64,000 nt of DNA from the human T2T-CHM13v2.0 reference genome, Homo sapiens: the NCBI RefSeq assembly GCF_009914755.1, contig NC_060948.1. One strand, written 5' to 3'. Each line of letters opens with the position of its first letter. Within the stretch, counting starts at the first letter, position 1. Of the stretch, positions 42,515-56,714 are shown piece after piece. Below the pieces are notes generated by a model. The model was not told the DNA's origin. It made no database searches and saw only the letters and a program-made list of their open reading frames with translations. The position numbers and the translations under genes were made by a program.

Positions 42515-45500
42515 ATGGAATCGAATGGAAAGGACTCGAATGGAAATCACTCGAATAGAATGCAATTTAATAAAATAGGATCAAATGTAATGGAATGGAA
42601 TGCAAAGGAATCGAAACGAAAGGAATGGAGACAGATGGAATGGAATGGAACAGAGAGCAATGGTATAGAATGGAATGGAATCATCTGGAATGGAATTGAA
42701 TGGAATGGAATAACATGAAATGGAATGGAATGGAATGGAATGCCCTTGAATTAAATGGACTGGAATGGAATGGACTCGAACAGAGTGGAATGGAAAGTGT
42801 TGAAATAGAATGGAATGGACTCCTTTGGAATGGTCTAGTATGCAATGCAATCGACTGGCAGGGAATCAAAAGGAATGTAATCGAATGGATTGGACTGGAA
42901 TGCAATGGACTCGAATAGATTGGAAACGGAATGCAAAGGAATGGAATGGAATAGTATGGAATGGAATGGAAAGGAATGGAGTGGAATAGACTACAGTGGA
43001 ATGGAATGGACTCAAAAGCAATGGACTGGAATGGAACTTTCTTGAATGGACTGGAATCAAACGGAATGGAATGCAATGCAATCAAATGGCATGGAATAAA
43101 ATAGAATGAAAGAGAATCAAACGGAATTGAATCGAATGGAATCGAATGGATTGGAAAGGAATAGAATGGAATGGAATGGAATTGACTCAAATGGAATGGA
43201 CTAGAATGGAATGGATTCGAATGGAAGGCAAAGGAATGGAATCTATTGGAATGGACTGTAATGGAATGGAATGGAAGGGATTGGAATGGACTCGAATGGA
43301 ATGGACTGCAATAGAAAGGATTCGAATGGAATGAAAAAGAATTGAATGGAATAGAACAGAATGGAATCAAATCGAATGAAATGGAATGGAATAGAAAGGA
43401 ATGGAATGAAATGGAATGGAAAGGATTCGAATGGAATGCAATCGAATGGAATGGAATCGAACGGAATGTAATAAAATGGAAGAAAACTGGCAAGAAATGG
43501 AATCGAAATGAATGGAGTGTTATGGAACGGACTCAAAAGGAATTGAATGTAATAGAATGGAGTGGAGTGGACTCGAATATAATGGACTGGAATGGAATGA
43601 AATCACATGGAATGGGAACGAATGGAATGGAATGGAAAGGAATGGAATGGAATGGAAAGGAATCGAATGGAAGGGAATGAAATTGAATCAACAGGAATGG
43701 AAGGGAGTAGAATAGACGGTAATGGAATGGACTCGAATAGAATGCACACGAATGCTCAAATTGAATGGACTCGAATGGAATGGAAACGAAAGGAATGTCA
43801 TCGAATGGAATTGAATCGATTGGAATGAAATCGCATAGAATGCAGTGGAATCAAATGGAATTGAATCGAAAGGAAAGGAAGCGAATGGACTGAAATGAAA
43901 TGGAATGGAATTGAATGGAAAGTAATGCAATGGAATAGAATGGAACGAAATTTCACGGAATGGAATCAAACTGAATGGAATCAAATCAATGGAATATAAT
44001 CAAATGGAATGGAAAGGAATTGAATGGAGTAGATTGGATTGGATGGGATTGGAATGAAATTTACTGGAAAGGACTCGAATTTCATGAAACGGAATGGAAT
44101 GAATTGGAACGGAATGGACTCGAATGGAATGGAATGTCATGGAATGGCATCAAACGGAATGGCATCAAATGGGATGCAATCGAATGCAATGGAATGCTAT
44201 GGAATGGAATGGAATGCATTGGAATGGAATGTCCTCTAATGGAATGGATTCGGGTGGAATGGAATCGAATATAATGGAGTCGAATGAAATGGAATTGAAA
44301 GGAATGGGATCGAATACAATGGAATATACTGGAATGTAACGTAATGAACTCGAATGTAATTAACTGGAATGGAATGTACATGAACGGAATGTAATCGAAT
44401 GGAAAGTAATCCAATGGAATAGAATCTAATGCAATAAAATTGACTGTAATAGAATAGAATGTAATGGAATGGAGTGCAGTGCAATGGAATGGAATGGAAT
44501 GGAATGCAATGGAATGGAATGGAATGGAATGGAATGCAATGGGATGGAATGGTATGGAATGGATAGTAATGGACTGGAGTGAAATGGACTGGAAAGGAAT
44601 GGACTCAAATTGAAAGGGCTCGAAAGGAATGGAGTCAAATGGAATGGTCTGGAATGGAATGAACACGAATGTAATGCAATCCAATAGAATGGAATCGAAT
44701 GGCAAGGAATATAAAGAAATGGAATCGAAGAGAATGGAAACAAATGGAATGGAATTGAATGGAATGGAATTGAATGGAATGGGAACGAATGGAGTGAAAT
44801 TGTATGCAGTAGAAGAGAATAGAATGGAATGCAAGCGAAAGGAAAGGAATGGATTGGAATGGAATGGAATTCATTGGAATGGAAGGGAATGTAGTGTAAT
44901 GGACAGGCCTGGAATAAAGTGGAATGCTACGGTCTCGAATGGAATAAAAATGTATGGAATGGAATGCAATGAAACGGAATCGAATGTCATAGAATGTAAT
45001 GGAATGCAAAAAAATGGACTCCAAAATCATTGACTGGAAAGGCTGGGTGTCGAAAGGAATTGACTCCAATGGAATGGAATCGAATGGAATGGAAGTGAAT
45101 AGAATCGAACTAAATCGAATGGAATGGAATTGATAGGAACGGAATGGAAAGGAATGCAATGATTTGGCATGGAATGGAATCGAATGGCATCGAATGGAAT
45201 GGAATGGAATGCAATGGAATGGAATGTATTAGAATGTAATGAACTTTAATGGAATGTACTCGAATGGATTCGACTGGAATGGAATGTTCTGGAAGTGAAT
45301 GGACTCCAATGGAATGGATTCGAAAGGAATGGAATCGTACGGAATGGTATCCAATGGAATGGAATTAAATGGAAATGAATCAAATTGAATAGCACGGAAT
45401 TGAATTGAATGGAATCGAATGCAATGGAATCTAATGAAACGGAAAGGAAAGGAATGGAATGGAATGGAATGGGCTGGAATGGAATGGAATCGAAACGAAT

Positions 45501-46063
45501 GGAATGGAATCGAACTGAAGAGACTGGAATGGAATGCACTGGAATGGAAGGGAGTGTAATGGAAGGTTCTCGAAAAAAATGGAATCGAATGGAATGGAAT
45601 TGAATGGAACGGAATAGAGTCGAATGGAATTGAATGGAATGGAATGGACTAGAGTGAAATGGAATCGAACCACAAGGAATGGACAGGAATAGAATGGTCT
45701 CGAATTGAATGGAATCGTATGGAATGGCATCAAACGGAATGGAATGGACAGCCACGGAATGGAATGCACTCGAATGCAATGGAGTCGAAACTAATGGACT
45801 GGAATAGAATGGACTCGACTGGTACGGACTCCAATGGAATGGAATCGAATGCAAGGGAATCGAACGGAATGGACTCGAAGGGAAAAGACTGCAATGGAAA
45901 GGTCTCGAATGGAATGGAAATTAATGGAATGGAATGGAATCGAATGAAATGGAGTCAAAAGGAATGGAATCGAATGGCAAGAAATCGAATGTAATGGAAT
46001 CGCAAGGAATTGATGTGAACGGAACGGAATGGAATGGAATCCAAAGGAATGGAATAGAATGGA
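42515..46063 (+). repeat. DYZ1 unit 13 (3549 bp)
   Basis: Anchor spacing; shares variants with unit 10. Confidence 0.93.
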
Positions 46064-49000
46064 ATGGAATCGAATGGAAAGGACTCGAATGGAAATCACT
46101 CGAATAGAATGCAATTTAATAAAATAGGATCAAATGTAATGGAATGGAATGGAAAGGAATCGAAACGAAAGGAATGGAGACAGATGGAATGGAATGGAAC
46201 AGAGAACAATGGTATAGAATGGAATGGAATCATCTGGAATGGAATTGAATGGAATGGAATAACATGAAATGGAATGGAATGGAATGGAATGCCCTTGAAT
46301 TAAATGGACTGGAATGGAATGGACTCGAACAGAGTGGAAAGGAAAGTGTTGAAATAGAATGGAATGGACTCCTTTGGAATGGTCTAGTATGCAATGCAAT
46401 CGACTGGCAGGGAATCAAAAGGAATGTAATCGAATGGATTGGACTGGAATGCAATGGACTCGAATAGATTGGAAACGGAATGCAAAGGAATGGAATGGAA
46501 TAGTATGGAATGGAATGGAAAGGAATGGAGTGGAATAGACTAGAGTGGAATGGAATGGACTCAAAAGCAATGGACTGGAATGGAACTTTCTTGAATGGAC
46601 TGGAATCAAACGGAATGGAATGCAATGCAATCAAATGGCATGGAATAAAATAGAATGAAAGAGAATCAAACGGAATTGAATCGAATGGAATCGAATGGAT
46701 TGGAAAGGAATAGAATGGAATGGAATGGAATTGACTCAAATGGAATGGACTAGAATGGAATGGATTCGAATGGAAGGCAAAGGAATGGAATCTATTGGAA
46801 TGGACTGTAATGGAATGGAATGGAAGGGATTGGAATGGACTCGAATGGAATGGACTGCAATAGAAAGGATTCGAATGGAATGAAAAAGAATTGAATGGAA
46901 TAGAACAGAATGGAATCAAATCGAATGAAATGGAATGGAATAGAAAGGAATGGAATGAAATGGAATGGAAAGGATTCGAATGGAATGCAATCGAATGGAA
47001 TGGAATCGAACGGAATGTAATAAAATGGAAGAAAACTGGCAAGAAATGGAATCGAAATGAATGGAGTGTTATGGAACGGACTCAAAAGGAATTGAATGTA
47101 ATAGAATGGAGTGGAGTGGACTCGAATATAATGGACTGGAATGGAATGAAATCACATGGAATGGGAACGAATGGAATGGAATGGAAAGGAATGGAATGGA
47201 ATGGAAAGGAATCGAATGGAAGGGAATGAAATTGAATCAACAGGAATGGAAGGGAGTAGAATAGACGGTAATGGAATGGACTCGAATAGAATGCACACGA
47301 ATGCTCAAATTGAATGGACTCGAATGGAATGGAAACGAAAGGAATGTCATCGAATGGAATTGAATCGATTGGAATGAAATCGCATAGAATGCAGTGGAAT
47401 CAAATGGAATTGAATCGAAAGGAAAGGAAGGGAATGGACTGAAATGAAATGGAATGGAATTGAATGGAAAGTAATGCAATGGAATAGAATGGAACGAAAT
47501 TTCACGGAATGGAATCAAACTGAATGGAATCAAATCAATGGAATATAATCAAATGGAATGGAAAGGAATTGAATGGAGTAGATTGGATTGGATGGGATTG
47601 GAATGAAATTTACTGGAAAGGACTCGAATTTCATGAAACGGAATGGAATGAATTGGAACGGAATGGACTCGAATGGAATGGAATGTCATGGAATGGCATC
47701 AAACGGAATGCCATCAAATGGGATGGAATCGAATGCAATGGAATGCTATGGAATGGAATGGAATGCATTGGAATGGAATGTCCTCTAACGGAATGGATTC
47801 GGGTGGAATGGAATCGAATATAATGGAGTCGAATGAAATGGAATTGAAAGGAATGGGATCGAATACAATGGAATATACTGGAATGTAACGTAATGAACTC
47901 GAATGTAATTGACTGGAATAGAATGTACATGAATGGAATGTAATCGAATGGAAAGTAATCCAATGGAATAGAATCTAATGCAATAAAATCGACTGTAATA
48001 GAATAGAATGTAATGGAATGGAGTGCAGTGCAATGGAATGGAATGGAACGGAATGCAATGGAATGGAATGGAATGGAATGGAATGCAATGGGATGGAATG
48101 GTATGGAATGGATAGTAATGGACTGGAGTGAAATGGACTGGAAAGGAATGGACTCAAATTGAAAGGGCTCGAAAGGAATGGAGTCAAATGGAATGGTCTG
48201 GAATGGAATGAACACGAATGTAATGCAATCCAATAGAATGGAATCGAATGGCATGGAATATAAAGAAATGGAATCGAAGAGAATGGAAACAAATGGAATG
48301 GAATTGAATGGAATGGAATTGAATGGAATGGGAACGAATGGAGTGAAATTGTATGCAGTAGAAGAGAATAGAATGAATGCAAGCGAAAGGAAAGGAATGG
48401 ATTGGAATGGAATGGAATTCATTGGAATGGAAGGGAATGTAGTGTAATGGACAGGCCTGGAATAAAGTGGAATGCTACGGTCTCGAATGGAATAAAAATG
48501 TATGGAATGGAATGCAATGAAACGCAATCGAATGTCATAGAATGTAATGGAATGCAAAAAAATGGACTCCAAAATCATTGACTGGAAAGGCTGGGTGTCG
48601 AAAGGAATTGACTCCAATGGAATGGAATCGAATGGAATGGAAGTGAATAGAATCGAACTAAATCGAATGGAATGGAATTGATAGGAACGGAATGGAAAGG
48701 AATGCAATGATTTGGCATGGAATGGAATCGAATGGCATCGAATGGAATGGAATGGAATGCAATGGAATGGAATGTATTAGAATGTAATGAACTTTAATGG
48801 AATGTACTCGAATGGATTCGACTATAATGGAATGTTCTGGAAGTGAATGGACTCCCATGGAATGGATTCGAAAGGAATGGAATCGTACGGAATGGTATCC
48901 AATGGAATGGAATTAAATGGAAATGAATCAAATTGAATAGCACGGAATTGAATTGAATGGAATCGAATGCAATGGAATCTAATGAAACGGAAAGGAAAGG

Positions 49001-49611
49001 AATGGAATGGAATGGAATGGGCTGGAATGGAATGGAATCGAAACGAATGGAATGGAATCGAACTGAAGAGACTGGAATGGAATGCACTGGAATGGAAGGG
49101 AGTGTAATGGAAGGTTCTCGAAAAAAATGGAATCGAATGGAATGGAATTGAATGGAACGGAATAGAGTCGAATGGAATTGAATGGAATGGAATGGACTAG
49201 AGTGAAATGGAATCGAACCACAAGGAATGGACAGGAATAGAATGGTCTCGAATTGAATGGAATCGTATGGAATGGCATCAAACGGAATGGAATGGACAGC
49301 CACGGAATGGAATGCACTCGAATGCAATGGAGTCGAAACTAATGGACTGGAATAGAATGGACTCGACTGGTACGGACTCCAATGGAATGGAATCGAATGG
49401 AAGGGAATCGAACGGAATGGACTCGAAGGGAAAAGACTGCAATGGAAAGGTCTCGAATGGAATGGAAATTAATGGAATGGAATGGAATCGAATGAAATGG
49501 AGTCAAAAGGAATGGAATCGAATGGCAAGAAATCGAATGTAATGGAATCGCAAGGAATTGATGTGAACGGAACGGAATGGAATGGAATCCAAAAGAATGG
49601 AATAGAATGGA
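46064..49611 (+). repeat. DYZ1 unit 14 (3548 bp)
   Basis: Anchor spacing; single G deletion at ~48375 (GAATGAATGC). Confidence 0.93.
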
Positions 49612-52600
49612 ATGGAATCGAATGGAAAGGACTCGAATGGAAATCACTCGAATAGAATGCAATTTAATAAAATAGGATCAAATGTAATGGAATGGAATGG
49701 AAAGGAATCGAAACGAAAGGAATGGAGACAGATGGAATGGAATGGAACAGAGAGCAATGGTATAGAATGGAATGGAATCATCTGGAATGGAATTGAATGG
49801 AATGGAATAACATGAAATGGAATGGAATGGAATGGAATGCCCTTGAATTAAATGGACTGGAATGGAATGGACTCGAACAGAGTGGAATGGAAAGTGTTGA
49901 AATAGAATGGAATGGACTCCTTTGGAATGGTCTAGTATGCAATGCAATCGACTGGCAGGGAATCAAAAGGAATGTAATCGAATGGATTGGACTGGAATGC
50001 AATGGACTCGAATAGATTGGAAATGGAATGCAAAGGAATGGAATGGAATAGTATGGAATGGAATGGAAAGGAATGGAGTGGAATAGACTAGAGTGGAATG
50101 GAATGGACTCAAAAGCAATGGACTGGAATGGAACTTTCTTGAATGGACTGGAATCAAACGGAATGGAATGCAATGCAATCAAATGGCATGGAATAAAATA
50201 GAATGAAAGAGAATCAAACGGAATTGAATCGAATGGAATCGAATGGATTGGAAAGGAATAGAATGGAATGGAATGGAATTGACTCAAATGGAATGGACTA
50301 GAATGGAATGGATTCGAATGGAAGGCAAAGGAATGGAATCTATTGGAATGGACTGTAATGGAATGGAATGGAAGGGATTGGAATGGACTCGAATGGAATG
50401 GACTGCAATAGAAAGGATTCGAATGGAATGAAAAAGAATTGAATGGAATAGAACAGAATGGAATCAAATCGAATGAAATGGAATGGAATAGAAAGGAATG
50501 GAATGAAATGGAATGGAAAGGATTCGAATGGAATGCAATCGAATGGAATGGAATCGAACGGAATGTAATAAAATGGAAGAAAACTGGCAAGAAATGGAAT
50601 CGAAATGAATGGAGTGTTATGGAACGGACTCAAAAGGAATTGAATGTAATAGAATGGAGTGGAGTGGACTCGAATATAATGGACTGGAATGGAATGAAAT
50701 CACATGGAATGGGAACGAATGGAATGGAATGGAAAGGAATGGAATCAAATGGAAAGGAATCGAATGGAAGGGAATGAAATTGAATCAACAGGAATGGAAG
50801 GGAATAGAATAGACGGTAATGGAATGGACTCGAATAGAATGCACACGAATGCTCAAATTGAATGGACTCGAATGGAATGGAAACGAAAGGAATGTCATCG
50901 AATGGAATTGAATCGATTGGAATGAAATCGCATAGAATGCAGTGGAATCAAATGGAATTGAATCGAAAGGAAAGGAAGCGAATGGACTGAAATGAAATGG
51001 AATGGAATTGAATGGAAAGTAATGCAATGGAATAGAATGGAACGAAATTTCACGGAATGGAATCAAACTGAATGGAATCAAATCAATGGAATATAATCAA
51101 ATGGAATGGAAAGGAATTGAATGGAGTAGATTGGATTGGATGGGATTGGAATGAAATTTACTGGAAAGGACTCGAATTTCATGAAACGGAATGGAATGAA
51201 TTGGAACGGAATGGACTCGAATGGAATGGAATGTCATGGAATGGCATCAAACGGAATGGCATCAAATGGGATGGAATCGAATGCAATGGAATGCTATGGA
51301 ATGGAATGGAATGCATTGGAATGGAATGTCCTCTAATGGAATGGATTCGGGTGGAATGGAATCGAATATAATGGAGTCGAATGAAATGGAATTGAAAGGA
51401 ATGGGATCGAATACAATGGAATATACTGGAATGTAACGTAATGAACTCGAATGTAATTGACTGGAATGGAATGTACATGAACGGAATGTAATCGAATTGA
51501 AAGTAATCCAATGGAATAGAATCTAATGCAATAAAATTGACTGTAATAGAATAGAATGTAATGGAATGGAGTGCAGTGCAATGGAATGGAATGGAATGGA
51601 ATGCAATGGAATGGAATGGAATGGAATGGAATGCAATGGGATGGAATGGTATGGAATGGATAGTAATGGACTGGAGTGAAATGGACTGGAAAGGAATGGA
51701 CTCAAATTGAAAGGGCTCGAAAGGAATGGAGTCAAATGGAATGGTCTGGAATGGAATGAACACGAATGTAATGCAATCCAATAGAATGGAATCGAATGGC
51801 ATGGAATATAAAGAAATGGAATCGAAGAGAATGGAAACAAATGGAATGGAATTGAATGGAATGGAATTGAATGGAATGGGAACGAATGGAGTGAAATTGT
51901 ATGCAGTAGAAGAGAATAGAATGGAATGCAAGCGAAAGGAAAGGAATGGATTGGAATGGAATGGAATTCATTGGAATGGAAGGGAATGTAGTGTAATGGA
52001 CAGGCCTGGAATAAAGTGGAATGCTACGGTCTCGAATGGAATAAAAATGTATGGAATGGAATGCAATGAAACGGAATCGAATGTCATAGAATGTAATGGA
52101 ATGCAAAAAAATGGACTCCAAAATCATTGACTGGAAAGGCTGGGTGTCGAAAGGAATTGACTCCAATGGAATGGAATCGAATGGAATGGAAGTGAATAGA
52201 ATCGAACTAAATCGAATGGAATGGAATTGATAGGAACGGAATGGAAAGGAATGCAATGATTTGGCATGGAATGGAATCGAATGGCATCGAATGGAATGGA
52301 ATGGAATGCAATGGAATGGAATGTATTAGAATGTAATGAACTTTAATGGAATGTACTCGAATGGATTCGACTGGAATGGAATGTTCTGGAAGTGAATGGA
52401 CTCCAATGGAATGGATTCGAAAGGAATGGAATCGTACGGAATGGTATCCAATGGAATGGAATTAAATGGAAATGAATCAAATTGAATAGCACGGAATTGA
52501 ATTGAATGGAATCGAATGCAATGGAATCTAATGAAACGGAAAGGAAAGGAATGGAATGGAATGGAATGGGCTGGAATGGAATGGAATCGAAACGAATGGA

Positions 52601-53160
52601 ATGGAATCGAACTGAAGAGACTGGAATGGAATGCACTGGAATGGAAGGGAGTGTAATGGAAGGTTCTCGAAAAAAATGGAATCGAATGGAATGGAATTGA
52701 ATGGAACGGAATAGAGTCGAATGGAATTGAATGGAATGGAATGGACTAGAGTGAAATGGAATCGAACCACAAGGAATGGACAGGAATAGAATGGTCTCGA
52801 ATTGAATGGAATCGTATGGAATGGCATCAAACGGAATGGAATGGACAGCCACGGAATGGAATGCACTCGAATGCAATGGAGTCGAAACTAATGGACTGGA
52901 ATAGAATGGACTCGACTGGTACGGACTCCAATGGAATGGAATCGAATGCAAGGGAATCGAACGGAATGGACTCGAAGGGAAAAGACTGCAATGGAAAGGT
53001 CTCGAATGGAATGGAAATTAATGGAATGGAATGGAATCGAAGGAAATGGAGTCAAAAGGAATGGAATCGAATGGCAAGAAATCGAATGTAATGGAATCGC
53101 AAGGAATTGATGTGAACGGAACGGAATGGAATGGAATCCAAAGGAATGGAATAGAATGGA
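49612..53160 (+). repeat. DYZ1 unit 15 (3549 bp)
   Basis: Anchor spacing; modal length. Confidence 0.93.
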
Positions 53161-56100
53161 ATGGAATCGAATGGAAAGGACTCGAATGGAAATCACTCGA
53201 ATAGAATGCAATTTAATAAAATAGGATCAAATGTAATGGAATGGAATGGAAAGGAATCGAAACGAAAGGAATGGAGACAGATGGAATGGAATGGAACAGA
53301 GAGCAATGGTATAGAATGGAATGGAATCATCTGGAATGGAATTGAATGGAATGGAATAACATGAAATGGACTGGAATGGAATGGAATGCCCTTGAATTAA
53401 ATGGACTGGAATGGAATAGACTCGAACAGAGTGGAAAGGAAAGTGTTGAAATAGAATGGAATGGACTCCTTTGGAATGGTCTAGTATGCAATGCAATCGA
53501 CTGGCAGGGAATCAAAAGGAATGTAATCGAATGGATTGGACTGGAATGCAATGGACTCGAATAGATTGGAAACGGAATGCAAAGGAATGGAATGGAATAG
53601 TATGGAATGGAATGGAAAGGAATGGAGTGGAATAGACTAGAGTGGAATGGAATGGACTCAAAAGCAATGGACTGGAATGGAACATTCTTGAATGGACTGG
53701 AATCAAACGGAATGGAATGCAATGCAATCAAATGGCATGGAATAAAATAGAATGAAAGAGAATCAAACGGAATTGAATCGAATGGAATCGAATGGATTGG
53801 AAAGGAATAGAATGGAATGGAATGGAATTGACTCAAATGGAATGGACTAGAATGGAATGGATTCGAATGGAAGGCAAAGGAATGGAATCTATTGGAATGG
53901 ACTGTAATGGAATGGAATGGAAGGGATTGGAATGGACTCGAATGGAATGGACTGCAATAGAAAGGATTCGAATGGAATGAAAAAGAATTGAATGGAATAG
54001 AACAGAATGGAATCAAATCGAATGAAATGGAATGGAATAGAAAGGAATGGAATGAAATGGAATGGAAAGGATTCGAATGGAATGCAATCGAATGGAATGG
54101 AATCGAACGGAATGTAATAAAATGGAAGAAAACTGGCAAGAAATGGAATCGAAATGAATGGAGTGTTATGGAACGGACTCAAAAGGAATTGAATGTAATA
54201 GAATGGAGTGGAGTGGACTCGAATATAATGGACTGGAATGGAATGAAATCACATGGAATGGGAACGAATGGAATGGAATGGAAAGGAATGGAATCAAATG
54301 GAAAGGAATCGAATGGAAGGGAATGAAATTGAATCAACAGGAATGGAAGGGAATAGAATAGACGGTAATGGAATGGACTCGAATAGAATGCACACGAATG
54401 CTCAAATTGAATGGACTCGAATGGAATGGAAACGAAAGGAATGTCATCGAATGGAATTGAATCGATTGGAATGAAATCGCATAGAATGGAGTGGAATCAA
54501 ATGGAATTGAATCGAAAGGAAAGGAAGGGAATGGACTGAAATGAAATGGAATGGAATTGAATGGAAAGTAATGCAATGGAATAGAATGGAACGAAATTTC
54601 ACGGAATGGAATCAAACAGAATGGAATCAAATCAATGGAATCAAATCAAATGGAATGGAAAGGAATTGAATGGAGTAGATTGGATTGGATGGGATTGGAA
54701 TGAAATGTACTGGAAAGGACTCGAATTTCATGAAACGGAATGGAATGAATTGGAATGGAATGGACTCGAATGGAATGGAATGTCATGGAATGGCATCAAA
54801 CGGAATGGCATCAAATGGGATGGAATCGAATGCAATGGAATGCTATGGAATGGAATGGAATGCATTGGAATGGAATGTCCTCTAATGGAATGGATTCGGG
54901 TGGAATGGAATCGAATATAATGGAGTCGAATGAAATGGAATTGAAAGGAATGGGATCGAATACAATGGAATATACTGGAATGTAACGTAATGAACTCGAA
55001 TGTAATTGACTGGAATGGAATGTACATGAATGGAATGTAATCGAATGGAAAGCAATCCAATGGAATAGAATCTAATGCAATAAAATCGACTCAGATAGAG
55101 TAGAATGTAATGGAATGGAGTGCAGTGCAATGGAATGGAATGGAATGGAATGCAATGGAATGGAATGCAATGGAATGGAATGGAATGCAATGGGATGGAA
55201 TGGTATGGAATGGATAGTAATGGACTGGAGTGAAATGGACTGGAAAGGAATGGACTCAAATTGAAAGGGCTCGAAAGGAATGGAGTCAAGTGGAATGGTC
55301 TGGAATGGAATGAACACGAATGTAATGCAATCCAATAGAATGGAATCGAATGGCATGGAATATAAAGAAATGGAATCGAAGAGAATGGAAACAAATGGAA
55401 TGGAATTGAATGGAATGGAATTGAATGGAATGGGAACGAATGGAGTGAAATTGTATGCAGTAGAAGAGAATAGAATGGAATGCAAGCGAAAGGAAAGGAA
55501 TGGATTGGAATGGAATGGAATTCATTGGAATGGAAGGGAATGTAGTGTAATGGACAGGCCTGGAATAAAGTGGAATGCTACGGTCTCGAATGGAATAAAA
55601 ATGTATGGAATGGAATGCAATGAAACGGAATCGAAAGTCATAGAATGTAATGGAATGCAAAAAAATGGACTCCAAAATCATTGACTGGAAAGGCTGGGTG
55701 TCGAAAGGAATTGACTCCAATGGAATGGAATCGAATGGAATGGAAGTGAATAGAATCGAACTAAATCGAATGGAATGGAATTGATAGGAACGGAATGGAA
55801 AGGAATGCAATGATTTGGCATGGAATGGAATCGAATGGCATCGAATGGAATGGAATGGAATGCAATGGAATGGAATGTATTAGAATGTAATGAACTTTAA
55901 TGGAATGTACTCGAATGGATTCGACTGGAATGGAATGTTCTGGAAGTGAATGGACTCCAATGGAATGGATTCGAAAGGAATGGAATCGTACGGAATGGTA
56001 TCCAATGGAATGGAATTAAATGGAAATGAATCAAATTGAATAGCACGGAATTGAATTGAATGGAATCGAATGCAATGGAATCTAATGAAACGGAAAGGAA

Positions 56101-56714
56101 AGGAATGGAATGGAATGGAATGGGCTGGAATGGAATGGAATCGAAACGAATGGAATGGAATCGAACTGAAGAGACTGGAATGGAATGCACTGGAATGGAA
56201 GGGAGTGTAATGGAAGGTTCTCGAAAAAAATGGAATCGAATGGAATGGAATTGAATGGAACGGAATAGAGTCGAATGGAATTGAATGGAATGGAATGGAC
56301 TAGAGTGAAATGGAATCGAACCACAAGGAATGGACAGGAATAGAATGGTCTCGAATTGAATGGAATCGTATGGAATGGCATCAAACGGAATGGAATGGAC
56401 AGCCACGGAATGGAATGCACTCGAATGCAATGGAGTCGAAACTAATGGACTGGAATAGAATGGACTCGACTGGTACGGACTCCAATGGAATGGAATCGAA
56501 TGCAAGGGAATCGAACGGAATGGACTCGAAGGGAAAAGACTGCAATGGAAAGGTCTCGAATGGAATGGAAATTAATGGAATGGAATGGAATCGAAGGAAA
56601 TGGAGTCAAAAGGAATGGAATCGAATGGCAAGAAATCGAATGTAATGGAATCGCAAGGAATTGATGTGAACGGAACGGAATGGAATGGAATCCAAAGGAA
56701 TGGAATAGAATGGA
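53161..56714 (+). repeat. DYZ1 unit 16 (3554 bp)
   Basis: Anchor spacing; +5 bp in the GGAAT/GCAAT tract near 55130-55190. Confidence 0.93.

Larger units (their letters stand above)
26781..47789 (+). repeat. Tandem duplication of a three-unit (10621-10622 bp) segment inside the array
   Basis: Rare variants recur at an offset of 10621/10622, e.g. 26781/37402, 29293/39914, 37167/47789, the 15-bp deletion at ~27060/~37681 and the 10-bp deletion at ~28565/~39186. Confidence 0.8.
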
